DNA of 64,000 nucleotides, taken from positions 28,520,001 to 28,584,000 of the forward strand of contig OZ076416.1 of assembly GCA_964187785.1 (NCBI GenBank), given 5' to 3'. Numbering within the stretch: position 1 is the stretch's first letter; the number at the start of each line of letters is the position of its first letter. Positions 1 to 11,739 of this stretch are shown piece by piece. The translations under genes were made by a program, and so were the position numbers. The notes beneath the pieces are model-generated. The model did not search any database and was not told the DNA's origin. It worked only from the letters and a program-made list of their open reading frames with translations. Source of the stretch: Amphiscolops sp. MND2022. Its lineage: Eukaryota.

Positions 1-229
1 CCCACGCTGTTCGAGTTGAGCAAAGTCCTAAAGTCCTCTCTATTTGGATAAGTAATCGTCTTTCGCTCATTGGACCTTAAGTCCATATCTCCTTCATTTT
101 CGCTCAGTTGTCTGTGAGCCTCATTTTAGAGAAGTTTCCTAACATTGCATCTAAGTTTTCCATATCAGACATTACGTCTGACTGCCTTGATCTCTATTCT
201 CTTGCCTTTTGCCTACGATTAGAAGGCAT
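1..229 (-). pseudogene. Decayed N-terminal remnant of a repetitive orphan ORF (paralog of the ORF at 3139-3747), probably retroelement-derived; runs off the window edge
   Basis: Hand translation from ATG 229: MPSNRRQKARE*RSRQSDVMSDMENLDAMLGNF, with an in-frame stop and a later frameshift. It aligns with MPTTRKQKKARKSRGLEILSDIENLDIMLG of the 3139-3747 ORF. Confidence 0.55.
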
Positions 230-615
230 GAAAAGGTTTGTTTGGTCAACAATTTATTTTAGTAATACCAGATCAACAGATCAAAATTGTACGAATATAT
301 GCACAACAACTAGATAAGGTTTAAGTCAAAACCAGTTTAGTGTATTTCGTTTGTAGCATCAAAAAAATAATGATCCTTCGGTCATCGTGGGGCTTCTAAA
401 TACCTTTATTCGCATGACATCCCTAATTTCGCGGGTCAATGTGCTATAATTAGTAGCACCCTTGAAAGACGTTATTATCTATAAATAGGCTATATTGAAA
501 AAAAGGGGGAGGAGTGACGTCACTAACCTAAGGCAAACGTAATGAGTATAAACTTCACACATTACAAGCATTCCACTTGTAGACTTTTAGTCCAATCATA
601 CTGCAATCATCATTT

Positions 616-710
616 TATATATATTTATGTATATATATGTATATAAAAATAAAAATAAAAGTGTATATATATATAAAGATAAAAATAAAAGTGTATATAT
701 GTATATAGGT
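616..710. repeat. AT-rich ~30-bp tandem repeat / (TA)n-derived low-complexity tract
   Basis: GTGTATATAT recurs at 661 and 691, with AAAAATAAAA spacers. Confidence 0.6.
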
Positions 711-1146
711 GTACATATGTTCCATTTGTGACGTTTTAATTGAAAAGTATTAAAATGGACGTTACTTCCACGCGGTTACAGCACAAATGAGCGTAAAAGC
801 TTGTGATTGGCTAATGTTCTTTTGGACAACGCGTCCGCCTGGCCTCAGCACGAAGCCATTCGAACGCGTTTCCTTTATGATTGCATGTGATTACAAATTC
901 ATCAAATTGTCAATCAGCATTTTACATATGCTTTGAGTTAAATAAGTAACAATTGGACATTACAGCATAGGTGGATAATCGCAGAAAGTATATTTACTAA
1001 CATCAACAATTCAAAGTTTTCAGTTCAAATAAGTTGTTGTCGCCGGGCAGACGCGTGGTCTTTTTATATAGGGAGCACTCCTGGTTTGCGGATTTGCTAA
1101 GTCATCATCAGCAGGGATTTGGCAGTTATATTCATCGCAGGCGGTC

Positions 1147-1345
1147 GCCTGCGACAGGGTCCCCACTTTTAGCGCGCCAGTTCGGTCCACTTTTTTGAGT
1201 TTTTCAGGTACTGTAGAAGCGAATACTTTGACAATTTGAAGTCCTTTTGCTATTTTAGAAATTACTTTGCCACTTTGAAGTCCTTTGGTTATTTTGAGCC
1301 TTAAATATGACGCCTACTTGGACCGGTCCCGACTTGTTTTTTTTT
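1147..1345 (+). mobile_element. 3' fragment of HINE/DINE-1-like family A
   Basis: Ends TTTTGAGCCTTAAATATGACGCCTACTTGGACCGGTCCCGACTTGTTT, matching the 3' end of the copy at 16889-17356. Confidence 0.6.
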
Positions 1346-3138
1346 TTAAAAAATAAGTATCACTTTCACAAAATTGAATATTGTTTACATATTACCTTCT
1401 GCCCCCTGTTTTTACGATATTATAATTGTCCTGATAATTTTATTTGAATGCGGTTGTTAAAAAGGCATCACTTTAGGATCAAATTAGACAGTAAACCGTC
1501 GTTCTAAAACGATAACCATAAAAGGCTAAGTGTCACTGCAATCTTTTTCGAATACTGTTACATTATACTGAAGTGAAAAATCGAGCACTTTCAATCATCA
1601 ATTGTTCGAAAAAGAAAAAATAACTAAACAATTTCAACTAAATAACCTCTTCAGATCCGATAACAATCCCAATAAACGGTTCCAAAACAGCGATATCATA
1701 ATGGAATGGACAGCGTGAATTTCTAGCTCATGGTCAACGGCTTGACAGGTGGGTATTTGAGCAATTCCGCTAAAGTAAAAAACCTGTTTCATCACTGTTT
1801 CGTAAAAAAAATTAGAAATCATGACACTTTGAGGTCTCTATGCGTAAAGTGTCCACTAGTTGAGACTGCAGGAACTTTTTACATGCACCAGGCCTGCATG
1901 CAGGGTAATTTTTTATAAAACCTAGAAAATTCAGTGAACTTCGGATGGTAAATCAAGTAGATTGACACTGCATTTTCCACTACTGCAAGTAAATATGAAA
2001 ATAATTACCACTTCATTACCGACACGACGTAATAACACTTTGTTTTCTCAACTACCCATATGATGTGATCACCGCTTCTCAAATAGCACGCTGAAGATGA
2101 CGCTACATTGCAGATTATTACGCGACTGAAGGTACTTTGCTTTAGATTAGCGGTAAAACTGATAGCAACTTATTTGCTTTAAAAATTATAGCTGCCGCCT
2201 AATGAAACCTGCAAAACTTCAAGGCTAAAAATTGCCGCCAAAACTTTGATGAATCTTTCAAGCAGCTTAGTGAAAGTTAACTACAACAGGAAAATATCTT
2301 CGCATAAAAGTTTCCGTAAGAGTTTTAGGAAATCATAATAAAAGTTGCTGGTAATGTTAAAGTACATGCAAAAAGTTCGAGCAGTTTCAACAAAGGTCTA
2401 CCCTAGTCGAGATTGCCTGAACTTTTTACGTGCTGCATTGAAATATGCTGGCTATTTTTTTTACCGAAACATGGAAATTTCAAAGAGCATGCATGGAAAA
2501 TATATGAAGCTTCCATTGTTTCCATTGCAACTTCCATGCAGCTTCCATTGTTTCAATTAAAACTGAAAACATGTTCACTTCTTCGGCCTCGTGATTACAT
2601 TGTCTTCCCGCTTAAGATTCTCAAGTAGATAAAAACTTATGAAATCACTGTTAGTGAAATAGCTTGCTAAATTTGACGATACATTGAAACTTATAATGTG
2701 ACTGAAGTTTATTTGCATTGAAATGTTAGAAGCAGCTTGATAAAATTAAATTGAATCAGTGAAGTTTTAGCGCATGCAGGTTTCGTTGAGAAGTTTATAA
2801 AATCATGAAAAATTGGCTCAGTAACCTACAAAATTATGTAAAAATTTCAAGCAGTTTCAACCAAGGTAGTAAAAAAACTATCGTTCGTATAGATCGGGAT
2901 AGTTTACGTCGTTGGTAACAGCCCAAATTGGGCGTCTCGTTTGAGGCTCGATTAACATGAAGGTGTTCAATTTCGTTAAAGGTTTATTGGTAGAAACTTC
3001 CAAACAAGTGCAAAATCAATCAATTTTTCCTCCACGTGATTGCGAAATGTAAAAACTTTCAAACGAGAACCACACGGGAACATTGAAAACATTGAAAAAA
3101 TGTCACAAGGATTAAAATGACTAAAACGGGATTTTTTT

Positions 3139-3747
3139 CTATTCTAGTACAGTAGACCAAGTGTCATGAACGTCTCGATGTGTTTTCTCATCCTTGCGAT
3201 GATTTTCACTTTGTTCACTGCTATAATTAGTTTTAGTTTTCAAGTTGTGTTGAACTTCGGAATAAATTTCCGGCCTCTCAACGGATCTCTCCCATCCCCT
3301 TCTAGTCTCTTGTCCCGAACCGGCCATAATAACGTTTTGGATTTGGGGCAAAACCTGGTTATTGATGGCATCATTTATGGCTCTTTGGATTTGAGAACTA
3401 ACGGTATTCATCATCTCGTCCATTTCTCTAGATATTCTAGAGTTCAATTCACTCGATAACCTATTGCTCTCAACTTGAGAATCTATGCTTGCTGAATTTT
3501 GGCCGTAATCGGCACTAGTCCCAACTCCGAGGTTTCTATGATCAGAATGAAAACTTATCCTTTCATCTTCCAAGTTTTCACTTGTAATGCTTTCCTGTCT
3601 CCTAATAGAAGTACCATTAAGGCTGTCGTCTCCTTCTGTCCCGTTAAAGTGATTTTCACCTAACATAATATCAAGGTTCTCAATGTCTGAGAGAATTTCA
3701 AGTCCTCTAGATTTTCTTGCTTTCTTTTGTTTTCTTGTAGTAGGCAT
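3139..3747 (-). CDS. Orphan ~202-aa ORF with a helical/coiled-coil central part; probably the N-terminal (gag-like) ORF of a repetitive element
   Basis: Open frame MPTTRKQKK...SSELNSRISREMDEMMNTVSSQIQRAINDAINNQVLPQIQ. No splice structure seen. A decayed paralog lies at 1-229. Confidence 0.4.
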   Translation of the reverse strand: MPTTRKQKKARKSRGLEILSDIENLDIMLGENHFNGTEGDDSLNGTSIRRQESITSENLEDERISFHSDHRNLGVGTSADYGQNSASIDSQVESNRLSSELNSRISREMDEMMNTVSSQIQRAINDAINNQVLPQIQNVIMAGSGQETRRGWERSVERPEIYSEVQHNLKTKTNYSSEQSENHRKDEKTHRDVHDTWSTVLE

Positions 3748-4589
3748 CAAGACTGAACTGAGTCGAATATTTAAATTATCAGAACCGGAAAACTAACAGA
3801 TTTACTGTTTTTTGAGTAACTTCACTAGTATGGGTCAAAATGGATTAATGAATCCCCTAAACAGGGTAATGGTATTTATACTGCTCAGGGAATGACAGTC
3901 GCATTTTTACAAGACTAGTTAAGGTTAGTGGATCATATGACCCGAAACTTCACAAGGGAATTCCCCGACAACTACATATTCGGGGGAATTTAGTGAGTGG
4001 AATTTAAAAGGTATTTGATCAAACTAGCACCTTCAAACAAATCGCCGCTTAGCTTGATTACCTCAAAGGAACAACAAATATCTTCATTCACATTCTTTTT
4101 AACGGAATTCTTTATGCATGGAATGGTCAAAACCGGCCATTTGACCACTGTACCAGTTGAAATGGTTAACACTAAGTCAACAGACCTTATCCGATCAAAT
4201 ACTAAAACAAAGCTTCATATTATTAACAATGAACATTTACCCAACATGAAAGAACATTTACATTATCACCAACGAGGTACAGATGCGTTGAGTTAATTTC
4301 CTTTCATTATTGCTTTGCGGCCGGAACCGGCCGTTTAACCAAAGCAGCGAACAATGAAAGCGGAATTTCGTCAGGCGGCCTTAACCGGCCATTTAACAAA
4401 CATGTTAATGGTATTGCGAGAATGAAAGCGCGTGATTGGCTAGTGCGGTGAGCTCCAGTGACGTCCCCGGAATTGGAGTTTCGTTCACTTGAACTCGTTT
4501 CCTTTACGCTTCTTAGCTGTTTCTATACATCATTTCAATTGCATTATTATACTGCACTTCAAAATCTTGTGTTTTGAATGTTTTCCTCT

Positions 4590-5377
4590 TTAGTAGATTA
4601 ATAGGGTACCGGTCGCTATTTCTTGCCCTTCTGCTGTTGTCGTGATTTTAGTGCCGTCACAGGCGGCAGCCTGCGACACTGCGGGTGTTAGGAAAAGCAG
4701 ACTACCTGCGTTCAAGCCATTAGAGTATGCTTCTCGTCGTAATGCGGTGATGTAGGCGGGTTCACTCCTGGGCGTCGATCTCTCCATATAGCAGTTGATC
4801 TTTCCCTCTTTTATCTGTTCTCTCGATTTACCACATACCATAAAGCCCGTGTGCAGACTTTCACTGATATCCTGGTAGGACTTGATATTCTGCACATGGT
4901 ATGAAGCGTAGAAGGTCCCTGAGGTTGACTGTACAAGAGGGGTATCAATACTTGGTCCTCTCTCGTGGTCAGGAGGAGACAGTGGAGATTCCAAGGCAGG
5001 CAACACAGTAGTGCAAAGCTCAACTCGTGTCTTCTTCTGCCTTTGGACGGCGCTAGACACATTTCTCTGTTGAAGTACTCAAACCCCAACTTCGGGGTAG
5101 AGGGCGCAACAGGCTGAGCATTGCTGGGCCCCGCTACCATTTCGTCATCTGAGCTTTCTATTGTCATTCCGCGTCCAGCAATAGGGATTGGCACGGCTTT
5201 AACCTCCCGTTCGATCCTGTCTATTTTAGCCTCCGTATCGGTGGACCAGTCAGAGTCCCAGTAACTTGAAGCCTCATCTTCACTGTCGCTGGATATGTAG
5301 ATTACTGAATTTGCTGAACTTTCTGAATCATCTTCTTCAAAGTCGAAGAGCGTTTAGGCTAAGTTGTATCTTTGCAT
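4590..5377 (-). pseudogene. Disrupted acidic, low-complexity ORF of unknown family
   Basis: ATG 5377 reads MQRYNLA*TLFDFEEDDSESSANSVIYISSDSEDEASSYWDSDW... into track ORF 4811-5194. The overlapping track ORF 4590-5060 suggests a frameshift near 5000-5060. Confidence 0.4.
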
Positions 5378-6622
5378 TATCAGTTTTTTTGCAATTTTGC
5401 TGAATAGGAGAGTCGACTAGCTTGCTTAAAATTTCAAAGTGGAATGAATTCATCAACTCAAGAATTTAGCCAAGTCGGGCCCTTTCCCGGCAATCCGTTT
5501 TTGGCGGTTGAGTTTTCGGTAAATCGTTCTGATCCGACATAAACATTCCTGAATGGAATTTCATAATTGGTCGGCAGTCTTTGATAGTTTGATGTTTACC
5601 CCTCATCAACACCATCACTATGAGAGGTGTGAACGACGCTTGAGTTGTAAATATTAACTTCACCCGTTTTAAGTGGATAATTAACGTCACAAAACTTTCT
5701 CAAGATAGCTTCAGCTAATCAGAAGTTCCCATTGATATATTGAAAAATGAATAATAAAAATAACGAAAATAATAAATCTGAATAATTCAAGATGGCGGAA
5801 ATTCTAACTAAAAGCAACTGATGTAACTGAACAAAACAAAAAACGAAACACGGTAAACAGCCGTAACCGGCCACTAACTAGGTAAGGTGTAAACAATGAT
5901 GAAGGTTCTGTACACTTCGCTGGCAGACTCCATGTACGGTTTAAATATGTAAATAATCACATAATATTAGTCTGGTAATTTTCTTCAGCCACGAACTCCA
6001 ATTTTCTAATTCATTAATTAATATTCCAATTCAATTCCATTTCCGATTATCTCGCATTTGTCTTCTTCATTTACACTCTCCCGACTGATATCTATTTATT
6101 CACGTCCATAGCATCCTCGTCAGCTCTTCTCTTCGGAGTAATCCCGGATCCCGTCTTCAAGCCGATCTCGGTCAAGTCCCACATCTTGAACGTCTTATTT
6201 GGAACATCTACAATAGGCGATTCAGAGCAGAATGTCTTCAGCTGAAGGTTTGTTTGCTTCGATTTTGAACTTAATTTAACTTGATCAGGGCTAAATTTGT
6301 TCACAAAATGCTTCCTGTTTCCATTAGTAGACACGTGATAACACGTTATCATTCGAGTTTTCAAAGCACTTCCGGAAGTTTTCTAATGCGGTAAAATGGA
6401 TTTCTTTCAAGGAAGCTCACCGCCAAATTTCATCTCCTTTTGTTTAGCGAACCAGATAGAAGATGAATCCCAAATGCAGCCCAACAACACTTCCAACATT
6501 CCCGGCGAGTCAGTCCCGACATCAGTCTCTGTAGATGAATCCCGCGTTGTCCTGGGTTCCACTTCTACTCCGGCCCCTGCCTGCCCTACTTCCTTGGTTG
6601 GACAGATTAATGTTACAGGAGG

Positions 6623-7543
6623 TGTAACGGCTGCTTGCCTTTATCCTGCGCTGAGGCTTGACAAGCTTTACGCCGCCCTGATCCGTTTCTTAGTGCTGTG
6701 GACCGTCACTAAACAATTCCTGGTTTCTTATTTTAAAGGACTGTATCTTTTGACTGGTGGGTCCGATGTGACCCGTGGAATCTCCTGCGATTCCTCTGTT
6801 CACTGAATTGGATCCGATGTGATCCTGCACACACACTTCCCTCACCGTATCTTCACGCGCTCCGGCTCTCCAACTATGAGAGTAGCTACTTAGTCGCTCT
6901 GACTTTAGCGAAAAGTTGTGAAGATTGAGAAGTAGATTATTAAGTCTTGCGGTCCTGAGACCCAACTTGACTATAGCTATTCAGTGGAGAAAATCTCTAA
7001 CTAATAATAGTATACATATCGTTTACAATTCTACAGTAAATATAAGCAAATATCAGTTAAAATATGTTGTATAAATAAATGACATTTAAGTGAATTATTA
7101 AAGTTATTGGCTATGTAAACAAAGCACATGGTGGTTTTGGCATGTTGGTTAGGTGGGTTAGAAAGTATGTTTACACTATGTAAACATTATCAATTCAACA
7201 GAGTTACATTCTAATGTGGTCATATAGGTAAATAACAAAGTTTACATTTTTGGTTCAATGACCTTGAATACTACACATGTGAGGGGTAAAGGGGGTTATA
7301 ATGGGGGAATGAACTTGAAACTTAGCCGGTGTGTTCGTGTTAGGTATCTGCGTATGTGTGCCAAGTTTCAAGTCTCTACGGTTATTAGTTGCAGAGAAAA
7401 CCCTGACTGGGGGGGTTTTTCGATTTTGTGACGATTGACTTCTCTTCAAATTTTCATCTAAGTTTTTAGGAGTTTAAGTTCTCGTATCTCAACCAACATG
7501 TTCTGAATCGAGTTTCTCTGCCTTCTGATGACTGGCGCCAACA
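6623..7543 (-). repeat. 3' LTR of the BEL-derived element (inner boundary tentative)
   Basis: The outer end ...GTTACA at 6623 is shared with the right LTR. The inner TG start is inferred at 7543 (TGTTGGCGCC) after the purine-rich GAAAAACAGGGCCGGCAA. It may contain a secondary insertion at ~7255-7460. Confidence 0.5.
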
Positions 7544-8067
7544 TTGCCGGCCCTGTTTTTCTCCCGAAAAACACTTTCGTAGAACATGGGTGCCAGTTTC
7601 ACTACTGGTCTTTTGAGTTTGTCATCGATTGTCGTTGTCGTTTTGAGATCTCCAGGTTCATTGTCATGTTTGACGGTTAATTGCCCTGTTCTTTCTCTGC
7701 TGCAACAAAATCCCAAACCATATTCCTGTTCGCTGACCATAAGGTAGTTTTCGGCAAGTTCACATAACACATCCAAATATTTCCAAAAACAGTTTTGCTC
7801 ATTTGAAGTCGTGGTTTTCCCAATTATTACAAACTTCATCGTCAACGTCTGACATTCTTCGTGTTCAATCAATTGCTTTCTTTTAGAACCTTTAAAAGGT
7901 ATGATACAACCATGCTTCATTTCATTTGACTTAGCTCCCATCGACATCCAAAGAATATGTTCCCAGAATAAGTCGAGAACATCTCCAGCCAGTTTCCCAA
8001 TATCTGCTTTGCTTCGCAATTCATCATCAAAATTGACTGACCGCGGGGGAGATATGTCAAACTGATT
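7489..8067 (-). CDS. Frameshifted C-terminal part of the BEL polyprotein (DUF5641-like tail)
   Basis: ...DDELRSKADIGKLAGDVLDLFWEHILW...KRPVVKLAPMF. It overlaps the 981-aa ORF in another frame, consistent with one indel near 8030-8070. Confidence 0.6.
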   Translation of the reverse strand, partial: NQFDISPPRSVNFDDELRSKADIGKLAGDVLDLFWEHILWMSMGAKSNEMKHGCIIPFKGSKRKQLIEHEECQTLTMKFVIIGKTTTSNEQNCFWKYLDVLCELAENYLMVSEQEYGLGFCCSRERTGQLTVKHDNEPGDLKTTTTIDDKLKRPVVKLAPMFYESVFREKNRAGNVGASHQKAEKLDSEHVG

Positions 8068-10862
8068 TCATTCTCTAATTTTTCCATAATCTTGATCTGG
8101 ATCTGCAGTTCTTGAAATGTACTTGAATCAACAATTATCATAATCAGTAGATAAAGAGAATTTCCAACATAACGACAGTTGAAGTTCTCCCGTTTGTTTT
8201 CGGTGTTCTTTGTGCATCTAAAGAAAAATTTGCTTTCGAAACTCAGTTGCTGCGCTTCATTTTGCTTCTTCCCTTCTGACACGTCGTATTCCGTGTCTAC
8301 ATCCATGTTTTCTTCCAATAACTGCAATGCTTTGGAGTTTCGCTTTCGCTTGTGTTTGTAGAACGTCACCCAGCTTCTCTCACCACAAAACTCCAACTTC
8401 TTAGCGTCTGGGTTTCTACGAGGCTCCACTAGATCATAGGAAACTTCCAATTTTCCAAAAGTCCCATTCTGAGTCCACATTGTCTTGAATGGTGCAGCCG
8501 GCCCTTTGCAAGACCCACCGCTCCAACTTTCTGTTGTTGGTACTTCCAATGAACACATTTGCGTTCTTGTCACTGATGATTTGTCTATCAGATCAAACCA
8601 AACTGTGTCCTTTTGTATTCCATTCTCGTTCAACTGAGTTCCTTCCGTCATTCCATGAATCAGGTTTGAGAGGGGTTCAATTTTCCAAGCTCTTTTCTTC
8701 GGTCGCTTGCGGTGACCTTTGCTCAATTGAGTTTCAACAATCCCGTTAGCCTGTGCCACCGCATCCATCCCAGAGTTCCCATTTCCAATCCAAAGGTTCC
8801 AAACATTATTCTTACTCGGGATAGTATCTTCAACAAAGCTTACTTTGAAGTCAAAATGAAATTTCTTTCCAAACGATGTATTCATGGCTTGTGTTTCACC
8901 TTCATTGCCTTTCACGGGTTTGTCATGTTTCATTGCAACGTGGCATAGCTGTTGACACATGACTTCTTCATTCAAACTTTTTTGCAGTGCAAATTGCTGC
9001 TCATTCACAAATCCATAACTTTTGACAAAATCAAAGCATTTTTTGTTTCCTTCTTCAAGAAGTAGGGTACTGTCATGAAACATCGTCACTTCGAATAATT
9101 TCCCTTGTTGTACGTCATGTTGTACAGTGATAACTTCTGCACTCTCTAGCAGCAGTTCCAATTGCACACTCAATTCTTCTGAAGATTGTTTGCCTAATGA
9201 GAATGTTAAGCTTCTATGCTCTTTCCTTGTTTCCGTCATTGTGTACTTCAAGTTCTGCTCCCTTAGCACTATGGAATGATCACTAATGACCAAGTGAATC
9301 TCTTCTTCCACAACGTGTTTGGTATCCACGAGGAGAGTTTCTGAACGGAAGTCTTGCCGACCATTGTCTACAATGATTGTTTCTGACCAGTTTTGTATGC
9401 TTTCCGCTTTGGGGAGCTTCGAGATTCCTTTGTTTCCAACGTTCACTTCTGGTTGTGATGTTGCTCCTTTCACGTATGCTCCTTTATCAGCTTTTGTTCT
9501 ATTTCCCCGATCAACTCGCTCATCGGCTTTTGTGAGAGATTTTGAGTCCCTCATAGGTGCGGAGAACTTTCCTTCGTGAGCTAATTTCACTGCATTCTCT
9601 AATTTCGAGTGTGCTGATACTGCAATATTGGACTTAGTCCCATTTTCGGCTGTTTCTGTTTTGTCTGTCCATCTTGAGTCTTCTGTGAAACTCTCGACTG
9701 ATGCAATACTTTGGAAGCTAGTCCCCTGGCTGCACGTCGCTTCCGCTATTTGTCTTTCTTTTTCAGCTATTCTAGCTTTGCGGGCAAGCTCTTCATGCAA
9801 GTCTGCTATTTCTCTTTCAATTGCTTCACGCTTCAGTTTCTCGAGTCGGGTTTGCAGTTCTTCTTGCTCTTTCTGAGCTTTTACTTTCAAATAAAGAACT
9901 CGTTTATCAATTGAACTTTTCGAAATCACTGAGCTTCTGTTGCTTCTGGTTTCAACCAGTTTTGGATGTTTGCCCAGTTCCTCTATTTCCAATTGTCCAG
10001 TCTCGCTTCTTTGGCCTTGGACTTCATCCGATTTCTGATCTTCCGCTTTCTCTAATGCTAGAGGAAACAGTCGATCTCCATTAGACCACTTCGTGCTAAC
10101 TGTTGGCCTGTTGTCCATCAGGATTGTTACGTCAGACACCTTACTGTTTTCTTCGAGTAGTGATGTCACATCGTTGACTGGGTTTTCCATTTCAGATACG
10201 CTGTCTCCCTTGACACAGCAAGGTTCTTGTTCATTGGTCCTTCTTGACCGCGTCAGTGATTCCTTTTCACTAGCAGTTTTCTTTAAACAGCTTTGTTTTG
10301 CCTGATGGACACGACTTTGCCTCAATTTTCTTGTTCGAGGGCATCTCATAGCAGCGTCTGCAGACGTTCTATTTGCCACCTGGCTCTGTTTCAACGCGGT
10401 TGTCCCGTCAATTGGACACTTCAAGATTTGCTTCACATCGGGGAACCAGTATCCCCAACTCAATTCCAGTTTCACAAAGCATTCTTCCCATTCAGTCACA
10501 CTTCGACTTAGCTGTCTTTGCGTTTCTTCATTTGTAAGACCCAACATAAAGTCTACACAAAACAGTAACGCTTGTCTTCTGTCGCGGTATTCAATTACCC
10601 AATCAATCAAGTTGCTTCTGGATACAACAGCTTCTTTCTCATCGAGCTTGTCATCCAAGTCTTTTACTAACGTATGGAGCTTTTCCACATGTAGGGGTAC
10701 AATATTCCAATAGAGGCTCCACGCGTACCAATCTGACGCATTCATCAAATCTTTTGGTGTGAGTTCCATCAGTGTTTGACTCTGCTTTGTGTTTCTTTCT
10801 TCAAACACTTTTGTCATTCGAGGGTGCTTCATCATTTGACTTTCCTTCTTTCTGGCATTCAT
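7917..10862 (-). CDS. 981-aa divergent gag/pol-derived ORF of the BEL element
   Basis: Track ORF with a coiled coil (KAQKEQEELQTRLEKLKREAIERE...). No YxDD, D(S/T)G or recognisable integrase DDE motif. In-frame stops upstream of 10862 show that the original N-terminus has decayed. Confidence 0.55.
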   Translation of the reverse strand: MNARKKESQMMKHPRMTKVFEERNTKQSQTLMELTPKDLMNASDWYAWSLYWNIVPLHVEKLHTLVKDLDDKLDEKEAVVSRSNLIDWVIEYRDRRQALLFCVDFMLGLTNEETQRQLSRSVTEWEECFVKLELSWGYWFPDVKQILKCPIDGTTALKQSQVANRTSADAAMRCPRTRKLRQSRVHQAKQSCLKKTASEKESLTRSRRTNEQEPCCVKGDSVSEMENPVNDVTSLLEENSKVSDVTILMDNRPTVSTKWSNGDRLFPLALEKAEDQKSDEVQGQRSETGQLEIEELGKHPKLVETRSNRSSVISKSSIDKRVLYLKVKAQKEQEELQTRLEKLKREAIEREIADLHEELARKARIAEKERQIAEATCSQGTSFQSIASVESFTEDSRWTDKTETAENGTKSNIAVSAHSKLENAVKLAHEGKFSAPMRDSKSLTKADERVDRGNRTKADKGAYVKGATSQPEVNVGNKGISKLPKAESIQNWSETIIVDNGRQDFRSETLLVDTKHVVEEEIHLVISDHSIVLREQNLKYTMTETRKEHRSLTFSLGKQSSEELSVQLELLLESAEVITVQHDVQQGKLFEVTMFHDSTLLLEEGNKKCFDFVKSYGFVNEQQFALQKSLNEEVMCQQLCHVAMKHDKPVKGNEGETQAMNTSFGKKFHFDFKVSFVEDTIPSKNNVWNLWIGNGNSGMDAVAQANGIVETQLSKGHRKRPKKRAWKIEPLSNLIHGMTEGTQLNENGIQKDTVWFDLIDKSSVTRTQMCSLEVPTTESWSGGSCKGPAAPFKTMWTQNGTFGKLEVSYDLVEPRRNPDAKKLEFCGERSWVTFYKHKRKRNSKALQLLEENMDVDTEYDVSEGKKQNEAQQLSFESKFFFRCTKNTENKRENFNCRYVGNSLYLLIMIIVDSSTFQELQIQIKIMEKLENEISLTYLPRGQSILMMNCEAKQILGNWLEMFSTYSGNIFFGCRWELSQMK

Positions 10863-11229
10863 TTGTTCAGATGACTCTTTTGTTTCACTGGGGGCTTTCG
10901 ATCTTCACAATTTTTTCTTGTACTCTTTGTCACTTTTCCCAACTCTGCAATTTCTCAGATACAAAGCGTCAACTGCTCAATCCGGTAATCAATCGTCAAT
11001 CCTTGAAGAATCAACCCAATACTGTCGATTATACTTGCCTTCTTTGACAAACTTGATTGTCTCGGTGGATCTTGTCCCTCTGACTTGATCCCTTTTCTTT
11101 ACTTGGTGGATTTACTTGCAATGACGTCTCAGACCAAATCTTTGCTTCAATCAGGAGCACGTGTCCAAAGAATACAATTCGTCTCAAAACTAGAATAGAT
11201 GCACAAATACTTTCAGAGTGTCGCTAAGC

Positions 11230-11581
11230 CCAACTCCCAGAGTACACAATAGTCCCAACTCCAGAGTCACTATAGCCCAAACACCCAGAGTCACAATAGC
11301 CCAAGCTCCCAGAGTCACAATAGCCCAAGCTCCCAGAGTCACAATTGCACAAGCTCCCAGAGTCACAATTGTCAGAACTCCCAGAGTCACAATAGCACAA
11401 TCGCCCATACACACATTGGCACAATCGCCTGATACACAGCTGCACAATCGCCAAATACACAGTGGCACAATCGCCCAATTACACAGTGGCACAATCGCCT
11501 GATTACACAGTGGCACAATCGCCTGATACACAGTGGCACAATCGCCTGATACACAGTGGCACAATCGCCTGATACACAGTG
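11230..11581. repeat. Two abutting minisatellites (24-bp CCCAGAGTCACAATAGCCCAAGCT and 23/24-bp GATACACAGTGGCACAATCGCCT) in the 5' leader of the LTR element
   Basis: Read directly: the 24-bp unit translates as RVTIAQAP; GCCTGATA recurs at 11521 and 11544. Confidence 0.9.
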
Positions 11582-11722
11582 GTCCAAGCTCTCAGAGCTA
11601 GACACTTGCTCTTCTAGGGCAATCTTCTTCAGTTGTCCACCAACGAGTCGTCTTCGTCCTCGTCTTCTTCTTGTCCGGGTCGTCCACCAACGAGTTGTCC
11701 GGGTCGTCCACCAACGAGTTGT

Positions 11723-11737
11723 CGGGTCGGCGGACCA
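11723..11737 (-). promoter_or_regulatory. Primer-binding site TGGTCCGCCGACCCG, 2 nt inside the 5' LTR; probably tRNA-Tyr-like
   Basis: TGG start complementary to tRNA CCA. It resembles the TGGTCCTTCGAGCCG-type PBS common in BEL/Pao elements. The tRNA identity is inference. Confidence 0.6.
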
Positions 11738-11739
11738 AA

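Noticed and set aside
6611-6628. TGTTACA-GGAGG-TGTAAC: two LTR-like termini separated by 5 bp
   Set aside because: No partner LTR was found for the left terminus, and the TSD cannot be tested because the other flank is in the gap.
11190-11605. Repetitive ORFs in several frames (RVTIAQAP, CNWAIVPL etc.)
   Set aside because: Products of the 23/24-bp minisatellites, with no evidence of coding.
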